From Candidatus Heimdallarchaeota archaeon (GTDB lineage: Archaea; Asgardarchaeota; Heimdallarchaeia; JABLTI01), in assembly GCA_018238155.1 (NCBI GenBank), contig JABCTZ010000032.1, forward strand, positions 256,001 to 320,000: DNA of 64,000 nucleotides, written 5' to 3'. How positions within the stretch are numbered: position 1 is the stretch's first letter; every line of letters starts with the position of its first letter. Positions 60,953-64,000 of the stretch are shown here, piece after piece. Below the pieces are notes generated by a model. That model saw only the letters and a list, made by a program, of their open reading frames with translations, was not told the origin of the DNA and ran no database searches. The position numbers were made by a program, and so were the translations under genes.

Positions 60953-60953
60953 C

Positions 60954-62225
60954 ATGAATAATGGATATGAAGATAATTCTTCCTTTGTTGACCTATTAGG
61001 GTCACTCAGAGTTTTTGCTCATGATATTAGTACAGTGCCCAATTTCAAAGATATCGCTTATCGTGTGACAGGTTTAGATAAATATGATCGTGTCCTTTCA
61101 ATTGCAAAACCACATGATATTATCTTTCTAAAAGCACATCCTGATAGAAATTATTTGCGTTGGTTGAAAGAAGTTGGTTTGGGATCCAGAAAAGTCATAG
61201 TACTAAATGGTAATTCTGAGGAATCATTATATGAGCGAATTTTGAGACGAATTCCAAAAGAAGATGTAAAGCAGCTATTTGGTTCTATACAGCAACAGAA
61301 GCAAATGTTTTTCAGCCCCTTTTATGCTGGGGCTTTGGAAAAACAAGCAAGTGAATATCTTGGTTTGGTCATGTATTCAAATTCTTCCATTGCAAATAAG
61401 CTCAACAGCAAAGTTGCTTTTAAAGAACTTTGCCAAAATGTAGGTGTACCTGTTATTAAAGGAGCTATTTTTGTTTTCAAGCAAGGAATACAGATGCTCT
61501 TGGATTTGGTTGAAGAACAATTGCTCAAAACAGGTAAAGTTATTATCAGAGGAGAGGTTGGTGCTTCAGCATCTAGTACCTATATCCTTAACCACTTAAA
61601 CAAAAGTGAACTTTCAAAATTAATGAAAAAAAGTAAACCTGGTGATCGTTTTCTTATTGAACCATTCCTTGAGGTCAAATCTTCACCCTCTTCCACCTGG
61701 TTTATCACTTTTGATAAGAGGATTTGTCATCTTAAGACTTCTAGACAAATCTTGGATGAGGATACATCACATCGCGGTAATGAGTTTCCAGTTAAATTCA
61801 ACAAAGATTTGGTGAAAGAATATTCCTATATGATTGCTTTACATCTTGTTGAGCAAGGATTTGTTGGACCATTTGGTCTTGATTTCATAGAAACTAAAGA
61901 AGGTCTTTTTGTTGTAGAATGCAACCCTCGAGTAACAGGTGCAATGTATCCTTGGGAGCTTGTTCACCAACTTGAGAAATTTGAACCTATTCGAGCCGCT
62001 CGAGCAGAAAACATTGTCTTACACAAGAAAGGAATACGATTTAGTGATCTACTAGAATCCTGTGAAGAAGTTCTTTATGATGGAACCGCTTCAGAAGGAA
62101 TTGTTATTCCATATAATATTGGTCCTTTGGTGGATGGTAAACTAACGGTATTAGTTACAGGGTCCTCTCCAAAGGAAGTTCAATCTTTATTTGATTATAT
62201 TAAGACTCGTTTAGAGAAGCTCTGA
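60954..62225 (+). CDS. ATP-grasp peptide/amino-acid ligase (PGM1/BesA-like)
   Basis: PFY.G.LE, NSKVAFKEL...GVP, LIEPFL, GFVGPFGLDF, ECNPRVTGA; starts 1 nt after the radical SAM stop codon. Confidence 0.75.
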   Translation: MNNGYEDNSSFVDLLGSLRVFAHDISTVPNFKDIAYRVTGLDKYDRVLSIAKPHDIIFLKAHPDRNYLRWLKEVGLGSRKVIVLNGNSEESLYERILRRIPKEDVKQLFGSIQQQKQMFFSPFYAGALEKQASEYLGLVMYSNSSIANKLNSKVAFKELCQNVGVPVIKGAIFVFKQGIQMLLDLVEEQLLKTGKVIIRGEVGASASSTYILNHLNKSELSKLMKKSKPGDRFLIEPFLEVKSSPSSTWFITFDKRICHLKTSRQILDEDTSHRGNEFPVKFNKDLVKEYSYMIALHLVEQGFVGPFGLDFIETKEGLFVVECNPRVTGAMYPWELVHQLEKFEPIRAARAENIVLHKKGIRFSDLLESCEEVLYDGTASEGIVIPYNIGPLVDGKLTVLVTGSSPKEVQSLFDYIKTRLEKL

Positions 62226-62407
62226 AGAATATGCAACATATCTTCTGCTCTCTCTTTTTCTTTGGAATTGAATTTTGACATTCAAGATACTAATTTGTAT
62301 CTTTGGTTCAGGTGCTGATACAATTCTGGCTATAGTATCCATTGCTTCATTTTACTTAACTGAAAGAAAGAAAAAAAAATGAATTAAGAGAGAATAACAA
62401 ACAATGA

Positions 62408-63034
62408 TTATTTGTTCTTTAAGATCTCCTTAATTTCTCTAAGCTCGCTAAGAATAGCGTTGTTAATATCTGCAGGTTCTTTAAAAGGAAGATCTTCTTC
62501 TTCAAGACTAGCAAGGGGTGTCATAGGTCTCAATTGTTTTATTTTCTGATTGAGTTTTTCGTAGATTTCCTGATATTGAATTAATCCATCGATTTTTTCT
62601 TCAGGTCCTTGCTTAGTACTAAAGCCGGCAGTATGTATTTGTATTCTGCCTATTCCAATAATCCTATCAAATGGTCCTCTTATAACTGCAATATTGGTAA
62701 TCGCTCTTAATGGTACAACTTTCATTATTTTCTGAATAAATCCCCTATAAACAATCATTTCCTTATCTGTCAATACATAATGAATTGAACGATAGTAGAA
62801 AGGAAAAATGATAAATGAACATCCTAATCCTGTGACGGATATCCCACTAGTAACATATACGATTATCCGTAATTGCAGACTGTCTTCGACAATAAACATC
62901 AGCACAAAAAACGTTGCTGAAAAAATTATTATTGCCAAGAAAACAATTATTGAGCTTACATAATATTTGGTCAATAGTTTTTTATTTGGTTTAAATTCAA
63001 AGTTTTTTTCTTTAGACAGATTCCCACACCTCAA
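62408..63034 (-). CDS. Bacterial-type PH domain (bPH_2) membrane protein
   Basis: 2 TM helices then Y.LTD...V.RG, VPL..ITNI, GPFDR..GIG...I.TAG. Confidence 0.85.
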   Translation of the reverse strand: MRCGNLSKEKNFEFKPNKKLLTKYYVSSIIVFLAIIIFSATFFVLMFIVEDSLQLRIIVYVTSGISVTGLGCSFIIFPFYYRSIHYVLTDKEMIVYRGFIQKIMKVVPLRAITNIAVIRGPFDRIIGIGRIQIHTAGFSTKQGPEEKIDGLIQYQEIYEKLNQKIKQLRPMTPLASLEEEDLPFKEPADINNAILSELREIKEILKNK

Positions 63035-63752
63035 AGATTGTCTGAAGTTTATTCAGACAAATACCAAAGGATTTTTTACAAAGATTTTTCTAGAAGTAAT
63101 CATAAAACTCTAGATTTGCCTTCAAAATATAACTCTTATAATTAATTGAAATTGGACTGATTTTGCTTTTAAACCTTCGGAAATTAAATGCTGTGTTAGC
63201 ACTTTTTTTGAATTTAATTAACAATAAATAGACGAAAAGTGCATCTCAAGGCATATTTCATTAATTTCCTTAGAAAGAATTTTTAAGTTATTTAATGATT
63301 AGAAAGATTATCAAAAATATTTATGGCACTATTTCGTTAACGCTTGAAAAGTCATTACATAATTTTTGGTGTCAGAAATAGTATTTATACTTCATTTTAA
63401 AAAAATAATGAAAAAAACATTATTCAGCAAACAATCTTCTCTCATGAAACTAATCTAAAAGAGGAATTGATCTTTGAACAGTCACTTCATCTATAAAATT
63501 GCAATTGTAACTTGTCAAGATTATTTGTGGAGTCAAGGGTTAAATAGCATTGGATCCGTGCGTCAATTGAAAAAATCTTGCATAGTAATTCTCCTATCAT
63601 CTTGTTCTTTCTATAATTATTAAATACTCCTTTGTTTACTCGTACGGAAGATTAATTATTCAACGATTCTTTTAAACAAAGAATAATACTTTCAGCTGAC
63701 TCTTTATAAAAACTAAATAAATCTAATGACAATTATATTTTACCGAAGAAAA

Positions 63753-64000
63753 ATGCTCTCAAAAGAACATCGACTCACAAGGAAAGCTTACAAAACACTG
63801 ATAGCTGATCTGCCAGATGATGAATTAGAGAAAGCACTAGAACAAGTAAGGCAAGTAACAAAACCAACCAAGAAAAAACCACTTCAATTAACCGCTAAAG
63901 TAAAGATTGAAGTAACAAAGGAGCAAGAAAAAATACTTTGGATACTAGCTGAAAATTGTCGATTAATTCATTACTTTGCAAATAAAGAGCGAAAAGAGTG
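63753..64000 (+). mobile_element. tnpB: IS200/IS605-family TnpB (RNA-guided nuclease), N-terminal part truncated by the window edge
   Basis: Open frame from ATG 63753: ...LTAKVKIEVTKEQEKILWILAENCRLIHYFANKER, resembling the OrfB_IS605 N-terminal segment; not in the ORF track because no stop is reached. Confidence 0.7.

Noticed and set aside
868-61528. Numerous short antisense or alternative-frame ORFs in the ORF track (e.g. 868-1092, 7819-8184, 21102-21461, 52379-52816)
   Set aside because: They overlap well-supported genes and show no motifs; treated as shadow ORFs.
63470-63600. Minus-strand mini-ORF after GGAG with several TGA codons (MQDFFN*RTDPMLFNP*), considered as recoding or a tnpA remnant
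   Set aside because: It is also interrupted by TAA, has no HUH/Y1 motif, and TGA is a normal stop in many genes here.
1-64000. CRISPR array or rRNA genes
   Set aside because: No regularly spaced direct repeats and no long GC-rich structured RNA region were seen.

Overview
AT-rich archaeal chromosomal window, very probably from an Asgard archaeon (possibly Heimdallarchaeia-like). The assignment rests on archaeal information genes (rpoD/rpo3, rpoK/rpo6, rpl18e, rpl13, rps9, rpl13e, rps17e, an intron-containing tRNA-Ile(GAT), NOG1, rtcA, a beta-CASP RNase) found together with eukaryotic-signature proteins: two tandem Rab-like GTPases, an OST3/OST6/OSTC-like subunit and an ESCRT-II Vps22/36 (EAP30)-like protein. 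The window also encodes amino-acid metabolism enzymes, copZ-copA, tldD-pmbA, a divergently split formylmethanofuran dehydrogenase cluster (fwdDB / fdx-fwdF-fwdA-fwdC), methanofuran/pterin-type ATP-grasp enzymes and several membrane-anchored surface proteins. The most notable observations are: (1) a well-conserved ERG2/sigma-1-receptor family protein lacking the N-terminal TM helix; (2) a B12-radical SAM + PGM1/BesA-like ATP-grasp two-gene biosynthetic cassette; (3) fwdA whose conserved N-terminus has no ATG/GTG/TTG start, implying ATT initiation or a -1 frameshift from fwdF; (4) a tRNA-anchored islet with a transglutaminase-like gene; (5) a TnpB with an N-terminal extension, truncated by the window edge. 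All calls come from reading motifs by eye; no searches were run.
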